Source: Eubacteriales bacterium (GTDB lineage Bacteria; Bacillota; Clostridia; Oscillospirales; CAG-272). From it: 64,000 nt of DNA. The notes beneath the pieces were generated by a model. It was not told the DNA's origin, made no database searches, and saw only the letters and a list, made by a program, of their open reading frames with translations. This document shows positions 37,444 to 49,788 of the stretch, one piece after another (the stretch's first letter is position 1; the number at the start of each line of letters is the position of its first letter). The stretch is taken from positions 11,445-75,444 of the forward strand of contig JAZQWJ010000075.1 in NCBI GenBank assembly GCA_045632285.1, read 5' to 3'. The position numbers and the translations under genes were made by a program.

Positions 37444-37608
37444 GGTGATTGCCTCCATTCATCCATCATTTTTCTTTATTATAGCACGCTGCTTGATAAA
37501 AAGCAACAGCGGTATGACAAAATATGTCAAAAGCAGGTTAAAAGTGCACAAAAACAAAAGGCTATAATTGTGCAAATGATAAAAATTAACATTTTGTTAA
37601 AAAACATA

Positions 37609-37637
37609 TTGACGAACGGAAGGGTTTTCATTATAAT
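37609..37637 (+). promoter_or_regulatory. sigma-A-type promoter of the leu/ilv leader
   Basis: TTGACG at 37609-37614, a 17-nt spacer, and TATAAT at 37632-37637. Confidence 0.65.
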
Positions 37638-37644
37638 ATTAAAT

Positions 37645-37880
37645 AATAAGAAAAGCAATGACAGGAAAAAAGCTTTACAAAGCCGTGCAGAGAATTGTCG
37701 GTCGGTGCAAGACAATCCGCAATGTAAGGTATAACTCATCCTCGAGCTTTCGGCCTGATAATTTGGTAGGGTCGGACGGGAGCTCCCGTTATAGAGTAGC
37801 TATGTTTGCGCATGGCGTGAGTGGGTGCATCGCACCAAGCAGAGTGGTACCGCGGAGAATATTCTTCGTCTCTTTTATGC
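37645..37880 (+). promoter_or_regulatory. T-box leader, probable Leu (CUC) specifier
   Basis: - AG-bay AGAGA at 37689-37693.
- Distal-loop GGTGCAA at 37704-37710, closed by the ATTGTC/GACAAT stem.
- CTC followed by A at 37735-37738, with a second CTC at 37741-37743.
- Stem III GGTGC-atc-GCACC at 37824-37836.
- T-box core GTGGTACCGCG at 37844-37854.
- A short hairpin cggaga-atat-tcttcg followed by tctctttt. Confidence 0.75.
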
Positions 37881-37965
37881 AAAGCAAACTTCTGTGCTGT
37901 TGCGTAAAAGGGGCTTTTTGTTTTCAAAGGCCTTTCGCACGGCCGCCACAGGAAAGGAAAGACCT

Positions 37966-39633
37966 ATGCAAAACTGTTCTAAGTACGAAAAACAATATTT
38001 TGTCCCTCGGGGCGTCACCATGGATTGGATGTTCAAGGATTCGGTTGAAAAGCCTCCCATTTGGTGCTCGGTCGATCTGCGTGACGGCAATCAGGCACTG
38101 GTAACCCCCATGGATCTTGAAGAAAAGCTCAGCTTTTTCAAGGTGCTTTGCTCACTTGGATTTAAGGAGATCGAGATCGGCTTTCCCGCCGCATCCGAGA
38201 CCGAGTACACCTTTTGCCGCACGTTGATCGAGCAGGATCTGATCCCCGATGACGTAACCATTCAGGTGTTGACCCAATCTCGCGAGCATATCATCGCCAA
38301 GACCTTTGAGGCATTGCGGGGTGTCAAGCACGCTATCGTGCATCTTTACAATTCCACCTCGGTCGCTCAGCGAGAGCAGGTGTTCCGCCGCAGCAAAGAA
38401 GAGATCGTAGAGATCGCCGAGGTCGGTGCCCGCCTTTGCAAGGAATATCGCGCCAAGACCGAGGGGCACTTCACCTTTGAATACTCTCCCGAAAGCTTTA
38501 CCGGTACCGAGCCTGAGTTCGCCGCCGAGATCTGCAACAGGGTCATCGATATCTGGCAGCCCACTGCCGAGGATAAGGTCATCATCAATCTGCCGGTCAC
38601 CGTGTCGCATTCTATGCCGCACGTTTATGCTGCGCAGGTGGAATATATGTGCAAAAATCTAAAGGGAAGAGAAAACCTGATCATTTCGCTTCATCCTCAT
38701 AATGACCGCGGCTGCGCCGTGGCCGACAGCGAAATGGGTCTGCTTGCCGGTGGCGACCGTATCGAGGGCACGCTGTTTGGCAATGGCGAGCGCACCGGCA
38801 ACGTGGATATCATCACGCTGGCGCTGAACCTCTATTCACAGGGGATCGACCCCGGCCTTGACTTTTCCGATCTGCCCGCGATCACCGAGATCTATGAAAA
38901 GGTCACGGGTATGAAGGTCTACGAGCGGCAGCCCTACAGCGGTAAGCTTGTCTTTGCGGCCTTCAGTGGCTCGCATCAGGATGCCATTGCCAAGGGTATG
39001 AAATTCCGCGAGGCCAAAAACGGCGGCGTTTGGAACGTTCCTTATCTGCCGATCGATCCCGCCGACGTGGGCCGCGTATACGAGGCTGACGTGATCCGCA
39101 TCAATTCCCAATCGGGCAAGGGCGGTATCGGCTATATTTTGGAAACGCGTTATCATCACGTGCTGCCCCCCAAAATGCGCGAGGCGTTCGGTTATCACGT
39201 CAAGAGCATTTCGGATCACGAGCACAGAGAACTGATGCCCCACGAGGTCTATGACATTTTTGTGCGGGATTTCGTCAATCAAGAAAAGCTGCTCAAAATC
39301 GAAAAAACCACGTATATGGAAACGGGCAGCGGCGTGATCGCCGTGGTACGCCTTAATCGCGAGGGCACCATAACCGAGACCAATGCCCTTGGCAACGGCC
39401 GCCTTGATGCTATGAGCAATGCCATCAAAAAGGTTCTTGGCAAGGCGTACACGTTAGAGCATTATACCCAGCACGCATTGGAGGAAAGCTCTACCGCTCA
39501 GGCTGCCGCATATGTCGGCATCCGATGCGACGGTCAGAATTATTGGGGCGCAGGTATCGACAGCGACATCATCGAATCGTCTGTACAGGCCTTGGTCAGC
39601 GCGGTGAACCGTATGCTGATCGCAGAAAAATAA
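37966..39633 (+). CDS. leuA: 2-isopropylmalate synthase (long, type-2 form)
   Basis: 555 aa from MQNCSKYEKQ with an AGGAAAG RBS. Contains VDLRDGNQAL and HPHNDRG motifs. The ORF-track start at 37825 lies inside the T-box. Confidence 0.9.
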   Translation: MQNCSKYEKQYFVPRGVTMDWMFKDSVEKPPIWCSVDLRDGNQALVTPMDLEEKLSFFKVLCSLGFKEIEIGFPAASETEYTFCRTLIEQDLIPDDVTIQVLTQSREHIIAKTFEALRGVKHAIVHLYNSTSVAQREQVFRRSKEEIVEIAEVGARLCKEYRAKTEGHFTFEYSPESFTGTEPEFAAEICNRVIDIWQPTAEDKVIINLPVTVSHSMPHVYAAQVEYMCKNLKGRENLIISLHPHNDRGCAVADSEMGLLAGGDRIEGTLFGNGERTGNVDIITLALNLYSQGIDPGLDFSDLPAITEIYEKVTGMKVYERQPYSGKLVFAAFSGSHQDAIAKGMKFREAKNGGVWNVPYLPIDPADVGRVYEADVIRINSQSGKGGIGYILETRYHHVLPPKMREAFGYHVKSISDHEHRELMPHEVYDIFVRDFVNQEKLLKIEKTTYMETGSGVIAVVRLNREGTITETNALGNGRLDAMSNAIKKVLGKAYTLEHYTQHALEESSTAQAAAYVGIRCDGQNYWGAGIDSDIIESSVQALVSAVNRMLIAEK

Positions 39634-39646
39634 AAGGGAGAAAACT

Positions 39647-41342
39647 ATGAAATTAACCGGAGCAGAGATCATCATCAGAACCCTGATCGAGCAGGGTGTG
39701 ACCGACGTATTCGGCTACCCCGGCGGACAGATCATCCACGTTTACGACGCACTTTATAAATATAAAGACGAGATCAATCACGTGTTGACAGCCCACGAGC
39801 AGGGTGCGTCTCACGCAGCAGACGGCTATTCCCGTGCCACGGGCAAGGTCGGCGTTTGCATCGCCACCTCAGGCCCCGGTGCAACCAATCTGGTCACGGG
39901 CATTGCAACAGCTATGCTGGACTCCATCCCTATGGTCGCCATTACGGGCAACGTGCCTTGCTCGCTGATCGGCAAGGATAGCTTCCAGGAGATCGATATC
40001 ACCGGCGTAACGCTGCCCATCACCAAGCACAATTATTTCGTGCACAGCATTGCGGATCTGGCGGATACCATTCGCGAGGCCTTCCGTATTGCAAGGTCCG
40101 GGCGCCCCGGCCCCGTCCTTGTGGACGTTCCCAAGGACGTGCAAGCCGCAACCTATGATTTTGAAGAAAAGCCCGTTGCCGAAAAGTTCCCCTTGCCCAT
40201 TGCCAAGCAATGCGAGATCGACGAGGCGATCGAGCTTCTCAACAAGGCCAAACGCCCCTATATCTACATTGGTGGCGGTGCGGCCGGCCTTGGCCTTGGC
40301 CGCGAAATCGTGGCACTGGCCGAAAAGACGGATGCCTTTATCGGTTGCACCTTTATGGGCCTTTCTGCGGTCAACGGCGATTGCGATCGCTTCCTTGGTA
40401 TGCAGGGCATGCACGGACATTATGCGTCCTCTATGGCACAAAAGGAGGCCGACCTGATCCTTGGTGTCGGCGTTCGCTTCAGCGACCGCGCTACCGGCAA
40501 TGTTGCAAAATACGCCACCAATACAAAGGTCATTCAGCTTGATCCTGATTTTTCCGAGATCAATAAAAACGTTATGGTCGACATTGGCATCGTTGCCGAT
40601 GTCAAGGATGCCTTTGTGCGCATTGCTGCAGGGGCTGCCGCACAAAAGAGACCCGAATGGCAAGAGATCGTTGGCGCACTGCGCGCAAGAGAAGCGCAGT
40701 TTGACCGCGAACAGCGCGAGCAAGCGGGAGAGAGACTGGTGCCCCGCCGCGTATTTGATATTATCAATGCAAACAAGCTGCCGCATACTGTTATCGCCAC
40801 CGACGTCGGACAGCATCAGATGTGGGCAGCGCAGTACGTCAGCTTTGATAGCCCCCGTCGCTTTGTATCCAGCGGCGGACTTGGAACCATGGGCTTTGGC
40901 CTTGGTGCCGCCATCGGTGCACAGGTTGCCACCAAGGATCCCGTCGTGCTGATCACGGGTGACGGCAGCTTTGGTATGAACCTTAACGAATTGGCAACCG
41001 CCGTATCCTACAACATCCCCCTTGTCATCGTTTTGATGAATAACGGCGTGCTGGGTATGGTGCGTCAATGGCAGACGCTGTTTTTCAAGGCGCATTATTC
41101 CAATACAACGCTTCAGCGAAAGACCAACTTTGTCAAGCTTGCCGAGGCCTTTGGCGCCGTAGGTATGACGGCCACCACCCCTGCCGAGTTTGAGAACGCC
41201 TTTCAGAAGGCGCTTGCTGTGCAGGGCCCTGTTGTGATCGATACCTACATCGATAAGGACGAGTTCGTGCTGCCGATGTTGCCCCCCGGTGGCTCGGTAG
41301 AGGACATCATCACTGCCATCCGCAGAAAGGAGGCGCAGGAAA

Positions 41343-41353
<11 letters not shown>
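39647..41353 (+). CDS. ilvB: acetolactate synthase large subunit
   Basis: 568 aa ThDP enzyme with the GYPGG N-terminus and GLGTMGFGLGAAIGA. It is followed by the small subunit. Confidence 0.92.
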
Positions 41354-42912
<1,559 letters not shown>

Positions 42913-43149
42913 TCCACTTGATAAGCGGCGCATTTCTGTGTTCCATTGTCAAAAGCGGCTCGATGTAGGTCTACTACACCGTCGCCTTGCTTTTGACAAT
43001 GCGCCTTGAACTGCTTGCTTCTCAAGCGGAAGGGGAGGGCGTGCTTGCTTCTTGAACGAAGGTGCAAAGCGGCAAGCGTCCGTCCCGCATCCCCGACCAA
43101 AAATGAGGCTACGCACAAACCCGGTAGGGGAGGGGCTTGCTCCTCCCGC
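42913..43149 (+). repeat. structured intergenic repeat, copy B (related to 3503-3741)
   Basis: Shares the 74-nt module (42949-43023) and the identical 24-mer (43126-43149) with copy A. Module 1 is closed here by a perfect 13-bp stem cattgtcaaaagc / gcttttgacaatg (42944-43001). Confidence 0.6.
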
Positions 43150-43191
43150 CTTTACAACCTGCATTTGCATGATAACGAAGGCTACCGTAAG

Positions 43192-43217
43192 GGCACACGA
43201 GCAACCGCTCGTGTGCC
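43192..43217 (+). other. perfect 11-bp hairpin upstream of ilvD (no U-tract)
   Basis: ggcacacgagc-aacc-gctcgtgtgcc, located 41 nt upstream of the ilvD ATG. Confidence 0.5.
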
Positions 43218-43257
43218 TCATACAGTAACTTTCCATTATTCCAAGGAGGAAATTGCT

Positions 43258-44919
43258 ATGATTAAAGATACCATTGTAAACGGCTGCGACAACGCCCCCC
43301 ACAGATCCCTGTATAACGCACTGGGCCTGACTGCCGAGGAGCTGCAAAAGCCCCTGATCGGCGTTGTCTGCTCTTATAACGAGATCGTTCCCGGTCATAT
43401 GAATCTGGATAAGATCGCCGACGCCGTAAAGCTTGGCGTAGCGTTGGCCGGCGGCACACCCATTATGTTTCCCGCTATTGCCGTTTGTGACGGCATTGCC
43501 ATGGGTCACGAGGGTATGAAGTACTCGCTTGTCACCCGCGATCTGATCGCTGACTCTACCGAGGCTATGGTCAGAGCTCACGGCTTTGACGGTCTTGTGA
43601 TGATCCCCAACTGTGATAAAAACGTGCCCGGCCTTCTGATGGCCGCCGCACGTCTCAACATCCCCACCGTATTCGTTTCGGGTGGCCCTATGCTGGCCGG
43701 TCGTGTCGGTGGAAAAAAGACCAGCCTTTCCTCTATGTTCGAGGCAGTCGGTGCTTACCATGCAGGCAAGATCGACGATGCCAAGCTGAATGAGTTTGAG
43801 TGCAAGACCTGCCCCAGCTGCGGCTCTTGCTCCGGTATGTACACCGCCAACTCTATGAACTGCCTCACCGAGGTGCTGGGTATGGGTCTGCGCGGCAACG
43901 GTACCATTCCCGCACCCTATTCCGCGCGCATCCAGCTTGCCAAGCACGCAGGTATGCAGATCATGGATCTGGTGAAAAAGAACATCCGTCCCCGTGACAT
44001 TATGACCGAGGCGGCCATTCGCAATGCGGTCACCGCCGATATGGCGTTGGGCTGCTCTACCAACTCTATGCTCCATTTGCCCGCCATCGCCAACGAGTGC
44101 GGCGTAAAGTTTGATCTGGAGGAGGTCAATCGCATCAGCGAGCAGACCCCCAACCTCTGCCACTTGGCTCCCGCCGGCCCCACCTACATGGAGGATCTTA
44201 ACGAGGCAGGCGGCGTTTATGCTGTACTCAAGGAGATCGCAAGCCTTGGTCTGCTTGATACCTCTGTGATGACCTGCACGGGCAAAACGATGGCAGAAAA
44301 CATTGCCGATGCCGATATTTTGGACGACACTGTGATCCGTCGTGTCAACAACGCATACAGCAAGACCGGCGGCATCGCCGTGCTCAAGGGCAACCTTGCC
44401 CCCGACGGCTGTGTGGTCAAGAGAAGTGCCGTTGCCCCCGAGATGCTGGTGCACAAGGGCCCCGCCAAGGTGTATGAGAGCGAGGAGGCTGCTATCGAGG
44501 CCATCCACGGCGGCAAGATCGTGGCAGGCGACGTTGTGGTCATTCGCTACGAGGGTCCCGCAGGCGGTCCGGGTATGCGTGAGATGCTCAATCCTACCTC
44601 TGCCATTCAGGGCATGGGACTTGGCGCCAGCGTGGCGCTGATCACCGACGGACGTTTCTCGGGTGCTACCCGTGGTGCCTCCATCGGTCACTGCTCGCCC
44701 GAGGCGGTCAGCGGCGGCCCCATCGCCTACGTCAAGGATGGCGATATCATTTCCATTAATATTCCCGACTATAAGATCGAGCTGAAGGTCAGCGACGAGG
44801 AAATGGCCAAGCGTCGCGCCGAAATGCCCATCAAGAAAAAAGAAAACATCAGCGGCTACCTCAAGCGCTATGCTGCAATGGTCAGTTCCGCTGATAAGGG
44901 CGCTATTCTGAATTACTGA
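43258..44919 (+). CDS. ilvD: dihydroxy-acid dehydratase
   Basis: 553 aa from [19 protein letters not shown] with AAGGAGG upstream. Contains CDKNVPG and [15 protein letters not shown] motifs. The ORF-track start at 43006 lies inside the repeat. Confidence 0.95.
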   Translation: MIKDTIVNGCDNAPHRSLYNALGLTAEELQKPLIGVVCSYNEIVPGHMNLDKIADAVKLGVALAGGTPIMFPAIAVCDGIAMGHEGMKYSLVTRDLIADSTEAMVRAHGFDGLVMIPNCDKNVPGLLMAAARLNIPTVFVSGGPMLAGRVGGKKTSLSSMFEAVGAYHAGKIDDAKLNEFECKTCPSCGSCSGMYTANSMNCLTEVLGMGLRGNGTIPAPYSARIQLAKHAGMQIMDLVKKNIRPRDIMTEAAIRNAVTADMALGCSTNSMLHLPAIANECGVKFDLEEVNRISEQTPNLCHLAPAGPTYMEDLNEAGGVYAVLKEIASLGLLDTSVMTCTGKTMAENIADADILDDTVIRRVNNAYSKTGGIAVLKGNLAPDGCVVKRSAVAPEMLVHKGPAKVYESEEAAIEAIHGGKIVAGDVVVIRYEGPAGGPGMREMLNPTSAIQGMGLGASVALITDGRFSGATRGASIGHCSPEAVSGGPIAYVKDGDIISINIPDYKIELKVSDEEMAKRRAEMPIKKKENISGYLKRYAAMVSSADKGAILNY

Positions 44920-44936
44920 TAAGAGAGGGAAGCATC

Positions 44937-45704
44937 ATGGTTGAATACGGATTGCAGATGTACAGCGTACGCGACATCACCAAAGAAAATCTGAAGGATG
45001 CCCTGCGTCAGGTGGCAGAGCTCGGATATAAATACGTAGAATTTGCGGGCTTTTTCGGCAATAGTGCCGAGGACGTCAAGTCCTGGCTGGATGAATACGG
45101 CCTGAAGGTCAGCGGCACCCATACCGGCTGCAAGGAGATCACGCCTGATGCCATCAAGGATACCATTGCCTATCACAAGGCCATCGGCTGCACCAATTTG
45201 ATCGTGCCCAGCGCCAGATGGAGCACCCCCGAGGAGCTGGAATACACCGTCGCACTTTTCAACTATGCCGAGAAGAAGCTGGCGGCAGAGGGCATCACAC
45301 TTGGCTACCATAACCACTCCAAGGAGCTCTATGTCACCCCCTACGGCAAGGTCGTGGAGGATGAGATCATCAACCGTACCAAGGTGGAGATCGAGATCGA
45401 CACCTTCTGGCTGTTTAACGCCGGCATCGATCCGGTGCCCTATTTGGAGGCGCACAAGGATCGCATCAAGGTGATCCACTTAAAGGACGGCACCATTCCT
45501 ACCGAGGGCAAGCGCGACTTCGCCACCGCACATGACGGTGTCAAGGGAAAGTCCGTGGGCAGCGGCATGGCGCCCGTTGTGGCTGTACGCGATTGGGCCA
45601 TCAAGAATAATGTGCTGATGGTCATCGAGTCCGAGGGACTTGACCCCACGGGCATCGAGGAGGTCGGCCGTTGTATCAGCTTCCTTAAATCGTTGGAAGC
45701 ATAA
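44937..45704 (+). CDS. xylose-isomerase-like TIM-barrel protein (sugar phosphate isomerase/epimerase family)
   Basis: 255 aa with family-typical YKYVEFAGFF, GYHNH and IHLKD segments. Confidence 0.75.
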   Translation: MVEYGLQMYSVRDITKENLKDALRQVAELGYKYVEFAGFFGNSAEDVKSWLDEYGLKVSGTHTGCKEITPDAIKDTIAYHKAIGCTNLIVPSARWSTPEELEYTVALFNYAEKKLAAEGITLGYHNHSKELYVTPYGKVVEDEIINRTKVEIEIDTFWLFNAGIDPVPYLEAHKDRIKVIHLKDGTIPTEGKRDFATAHDGVKGKSVGSGMAPVVAVRDWAIKNNVLMVIESEGLDPTGIEEVGRCISFLKSLEA

Positions 45705-45725
45705 TATGAAAAGAGGAAAAGACCA

Positions 45726-46985
45726 ATGGCAATGACAATGACGCAAAAGATCCTTGCGGCACACGCAGGACTTGATAAGGTCGAGGCGGGTCAGCTGATC
45801 CTTGTGGATCTTGACCGTGTGCTCGGTAACGATATTACCTCTCCCGTGGCGATCCGAGAGTTTGAAAAGATCGGTGCCACCGCAGTTTATGATAAGGATA
45901 AGGTGACCATGGTCATGGATCACTTTGCCCCCAACAAGGATATCAAGGCGGCAGAGCAGTGCAAGATGTGCCGCAATTTCTGCAACGAATATGAGGTCAC
46001 CCACTTTTATGACGTGGGTCGTATGGGCATCGAGCACGCTCTGCTCCCCGAAAAGGGACTGGTGGTTTCCGGTGACGTGGTCATCGGTGCCGATTCTCAC
46101 ACCTGCACCTACGGTGCACTGGGTGCATTTTCCACCGGCGTGGGCTCTACCGATATGGCTTGCGGTATGGCTACCGGCAAGGCTTGGTTTAAGGTTCCCT
46201 CCGCCATCAAATTCAATCTCAAGGGCAAGCTGAACCCCTTCGTTTCGGGCAAGGACGTGATCCTGCACATCATCGGCAAGATCGGTGTGGACGGCGCACT
46301 GTACCGCTCGATGGAGTTTGCCGGAGAGGGCGTTTCCGCACTGACCATTTACGACCGTCTGACCATTTCCAATATGGCTATCGAGGCGGGTGCCAAAAAC
46401 GGTATCTTCCCGGTTGACGAGCAGACCCTTGCTTATATCAAGGAGCACAGCGACCGTGCCCCCGTCGTTTACGAGGCGGATGCGGATGCTGTCTATGACG
46501 AAACCTATGACATCGATCTTTCCGAGATTAGATCCACCGTGGCCTTCCCTCATCTGCCCGAAAACACCAAGACCATCGATGAGGTGGGCGACGTGCGCAT
46601 CGATCAGGTGGTGATCGGCTCCTGCACCAACGGTCAGTACAAGGATATTGCCGAGGCTGCCGCTATCCTGAAGGGTAAGAAGATCGCCGATCACGTGCGT
46701 GCCATCATCATTCCCGCAACCCAGGATATCTATCTGAAGGCTGCCGAAAATGGCTTGCTTAAGATCTTTATCGAGGCAGGATGTGTGGTATCCACGCCCA
46801 CCTGCGGCCCCTGTCTTGGCGGACATATGGGCATTCTTGCCGCAGGCGAGCGCGCTGTTGCCACCACCAACCGTAACTTTGTGGGTCGTATGGGTCACGT
46901 CACCTCCGAGGTCTATCTGGCCAGCCCCGCCGTGGCCGCCGCCAGTGCCATCGCAGGTAAGATCGCAGACCCCGCCAAGGTTTGA
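45726..46985 (+). CDS. leuC: 3-isopropylmalate dehydratase large subunit
   Basis: 419 aa aconitase-family protein with GADSHT, GSCTNG and CGPCLG cluster-ligand motifs. Confidence 0.93.
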   Translation: MAMTMTQKILAAHAGLDKVEAGQLILVDLDRVLGNDITSPVAIREFEKIGATAVYDKDKVTMVMDHFAPNKDIKAAEQCKMCRNFCNEYEVTHFYDVGRMGIEHALLPEKGLVVSGDVVIGADSHTCTYGALGAFSTGVGSTDMACGMATGKAWFKVPSAIKFNLKGKLNPFVSGKDVILHIIGKIGVDGALYRSMEFAGEGVSALTIYDRLTISNMAIEAGAKNGIFPVDEQTLAYIKEHSDRAPVVYEADADAVYDETYDIDLSEIRSTVAFPHLPENTKTIDEVGDVRIDQVVIGSCTNGQYKDIAEAAAILKGKKIADHVRAIIIPATQDIYLKAAENGLLKIFIEAGCVVSTPTCGPCLGGHMGILAAGERAVATTNRNFVGRMGHVTSEVYLASPAVAAASAIAGKIADPAKV

Positions 46986-47002
46986 TGAAAGGGGATCACG
47001 CA

Positions 47003-47497
47003 ATGAAATTTACAGGTACTGTTATTAAATACGGTGACAACGTGGATACCGACGTCATCATTCCCGCCCGTCACCTCAATACCATTGACGTTAAGGAGTT
47101 GGCTTCTCACTGCATGGAGGATATCGACAAGGATTTCCACAGCAAGATCAAGCCCGGCGACATTATGGTGGCAGGCTTCAACTTTGGATGCGGCTCCTCC
47201 CGTGAGCACGCACCCATCGCCATCAAGGAAAGCGGCATTTCTTTGGTCATTGCCAAAAGCTTTGCCCGTATCTTCTACCGCAATGCCATCAACATCGGTC
47301 TTGCGATCTTAGAGTGCCCCGAGGCCGCAGAGGCTATTGAAAACGGCCACGAGGTCGAGGCCGATCTGGATGCCGGTGTGATCACCGATCTCACCACGGG
47401 TCAAAAGTTCAACACCAATCCTTTCCCTGCATTTATTCAGAAAATGATCACCAACGGTGGCCTTGTGGCTTCCATTCAAAAGGGTGATTTCAAATAA
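47003..47497 (+). CDS. leuD: 3-isopropylmalate dehydratase small subunit
   Basis: 164 aa from [17 protein letters not shown], with the GCGSSREHA motif. Confidence 0.9.
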   Translation: MKFTGTVIKYGDNVDTDVIIPARHLNTIDVKELASHCMEDIDKDFHSKIKPGDIMVAGFNFGCGSSREHAPIAIKESGISLVIAKSFARIFYRNAINIGLAILECPEAAEAIENGHEVEADLDAGVITDLTTGQKFNTNPFPAFIQKMITNGGLVASIQKGDFK

Positions 47498-47508
47498 GAG
47501 GTTTCACC

Positions 47509-48576
47509 ATGGAAAAGAAAATCGCATTGCTGAGGGGTGATGGCATCGGCCCCGAGATCGTGGACAGCGCAGTACGTGTGCTGGAGACTATCGCCAAGAA
47601 ATATAATCATAAATTTGAGTTTGCACCCTATCTCATCGGCGGCTGCGCCATCGATGAGACCGGTGCGCCTCTCCCCGAGGAGACTGTTGCCGGCTGTCTT
47701 GCTGCCGACAGCGTGCTGCTGGGTGCCGTGGGCGGCCCCAAGTGGGATACGCTCCCCGGCAACGTGCGTCCCGAAAAAGCACTGCTCGGTATCCGCGCCG
47801 CTATGGAGCTGTTTACCAATCTGCGCCCCGCACAGCTGTATCCCGCATTGGCAGGGGACTGCCCCTTGCGTGCCGATATCGTGGCAAACGGCTTTGATAT
47901 GGTCATCGTTCGTGAACTGACCGGCGGCATCTATTTCGGCGAGCGCGGTATGAGAGAGGGCAAGTACGGCGAGGAGGCATACGACACAGAGTGCTATAGC
48001 CGTATGGAGATCGAGCGCATCGGCCGTGTGGCCTTTGAGACCGCACAAAAGAGAAACAAGCGCCTTTGCAGCATCGACAAGGCCAACGTGCTGGAAAGCT
48101 CCAGACTTTGGAGAAAGGTGATGCACGAGCTGGCCGAGGAATACCCCGACGTGCAGCTTTCGGATATGCTGGTGGACAATGCCGCTATGCAGCTGGTACG
48201 CAATCCCGCTCAGTTTGATGTGATCGTCACCTCCAATATGTTTGGTGACATCCTCTCCGATGAGGCTTCTCAGATCACGGGCTCTATCGGTATGCTGCCC
48301 TCTGCCTCGCTTGGCAGCACCAAGCGCGGCTTGTACGAGCCGATCCACGGCTCCGCTCCCGACATTGCGGGCAAGCACATCGCCAACCCCATTGCCACCA
48401 TTTTGTCTGCGGCTATGATGCTGCGTTATTCCTTTGATATGGTCGCCGAGGCCGACGCCATCGTCCGTGCCGTTGACGAGGTGTTGGAGGCGGGCTGCCG
48501 CACGGCAGATCTTGCCCACGGTGCTCCCGCGCTTTCCACCGAGGAAATGACCGACGCCATCCTCGCCCGTCTTTGA
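47509..48576 (+). CDS. leuB: 3-isopropylmalate dehydrogenase
   Basis: 355 aa with [23 protein letters not shown] and MLPSASLG motifs. Confidence 0.95.
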   Translation: MEKKIALLRGDGIGPEIVDSAVRVLETIAKKYNHKFEFAPYLIGGCAIDETGAPLPEETVAGCLAADSVLLGAVGGPKWDTLPGNVRPEKALLGIRAAMELFTNLRPAQLYPALAGDCPLRADIVANGFDMVIVRELTGGIYFGERGMREGKYGEEAYDTECYSRMEIERIGRVAFETAQKRNKRLCSIDKANVLESSRLWRKVMHELAEEYPDVQLSDMLVDNAAMQLVRNPAQFDVIVTSNMFGDILSDEASQITGSIGMLPSASLGSTKRGLYEPIHGSAPDIAGKHIANPIATILSAAMMLRYSFDMVAEADAIVRAVDEVLEAGCRTADLAHGAPALSTEEMTDAILARL

Positions 48577-48584
48577 GGTGACCT

Positions 48585-49766
48585 ATGACACGCGAAGAAC
48601 TAAAAGAGCTGTCGCTGTCCTTGTCGGCTCTCGGTGTATTTGCGGGGCTGTTGCAAAAGCCCCTGTTCAAGCATTTTTTGGAAATGACCGAGTGTGAAGA
48701 GCAGGGAAGAGCACTTCGTGCCTGCGGTGCGCTGGTGCGTGAGGTCTACGAGAGAGGCGGAAGCTTTTCTGCCGCCGTGCGCCGTGCCGTGCTGGAGGAT
48801 GAAAATCCTTACGTACGGATGCGTGCGGGTAAGGGGGCGTGCAACGCCGCTATCGAGCAAGCCGTTTCCACCGAGCTGGAGATCCTGTCTCGCTTTGCCT
48901 CTCTGACTTCCGCTGACCTTGCCGCGTTTTTTCAAAACGCCCCTTACGTGCCGCCCTTTGGCAGTGACGTTGTAGAGTTGGCTGCTGAATATGAGGAAAG
49001 AATGAACGATATCCACAAGCACGGCTACGGTATTTTTGCCGCCAATGCGATGTTCCGCTTGTCGGATGATTCTACCATCGAGCCCATAGCCTCTGCCGAT
49101 ACCGTGTCGATCGATCATTTCATCGGCTATGAGGAAGAGCGCACCCAGGTGCTGGATAATACCAAGGCGTTTCTTGAGGGCCGTCCTGCGGCCAACGTAT
49201 TGCTGTATGGCGATGCGGGCACGGGCAAATCCTCCACTGTCAAGGCTGTGACCAACCACCTGTTCGAGCAGGGTCTGCGCCTGATCGAGATCCGTAAGGA
49301 TCAGCTTTCCAAACTGCCGCTGGTGATGGCTAAGATCCGCACCAACCCCTTGCGCTTTATCATCTTTATTGATGATCTTTCCTTTAATAAAAGTGACGAT
49401 TGCTTCAGTATGCTCAAGGCCGCGCTTGAGGGCTCTGCTGCCGCCAAGGCAGATAATGCCGTGATCTATGCCACCAGCAATCGCCGCCATATCGTGCGTG
49501 AGACCTTTGCCGACCGCGAGGGCGGAGAGGTGCACCGCAACGATACGATGCAAGAGACCCTGTCGCTCTCCGAGCGATTTGGCATGACGGTGCTGTTTGC
49601 AAGACCCAATAAGCAGCTGTATTTAGAGATCGTACGCGAGTTGGCTGCCAAGAATCATATTCAAATGGACAGCTCCGAGCTGGAGATCAAGGCCGAGGCA
49701 TTTGCACTTGCCAGGGGCACCCGCTCTGCACGCTGTGCCGAGCATTTTATCGAAAGTCTGATGTAA
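48585..49766 (+). CDS. DUF815-type P-loop ATPase
   Basis: 393 aa with Walker A LLYGDAGTGKSS and Walker B-like IIFIDDLSF. Confidence 0.72.
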   Translation: MTREELKELSLSLSALGVFAGLLQKPLFKHFLEMTECEEQGRALRACGALVREVYERGGSFSAAVRRAVLEDENPYVRMRAGKGACNAAIEQAVSTELEILSRFASLTSADLAAFFQNAPYVPPFGSDVVELAAEYEERMNDIHKHGYGIFAANAMFRLSDDSTIEPIASADTVSIDHFIGYEEERTQVLDNTKAFLEGRPAANVLLYGDAGTGKSSTVKAVTNHLFEQGLRLIEIRKDQLSKLPLVMAKIRTNPLRFIIFIDDLSFNKSDDCFSMLKAALEGSAAAKADNAVIYATSNRRHIVRETFADREGGEVHRNDTMQETLSLSERFGMTVLFARPNKQLYLEIVRELAAKNHIQMDSSELEIKAEAFALARGTRSARCAEHFIESLM

Positions 49767-49788
49767 GACGAAAGTGAGTTGATTGATT

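Noticed and set aside
37832-37839. The octamer gcaccaag occurs in T-box Stem III and twice in repeat copy A (3607-3614 and 3661-3668). This could suggest that the repeat is a degenerate T-box.
   Set aside because: The flanking sequences do not align to the T-box core or antiterminator. An 8-mer match three times in 64 kb of GC-rich DNA is weak evidence. Kept only as a note.
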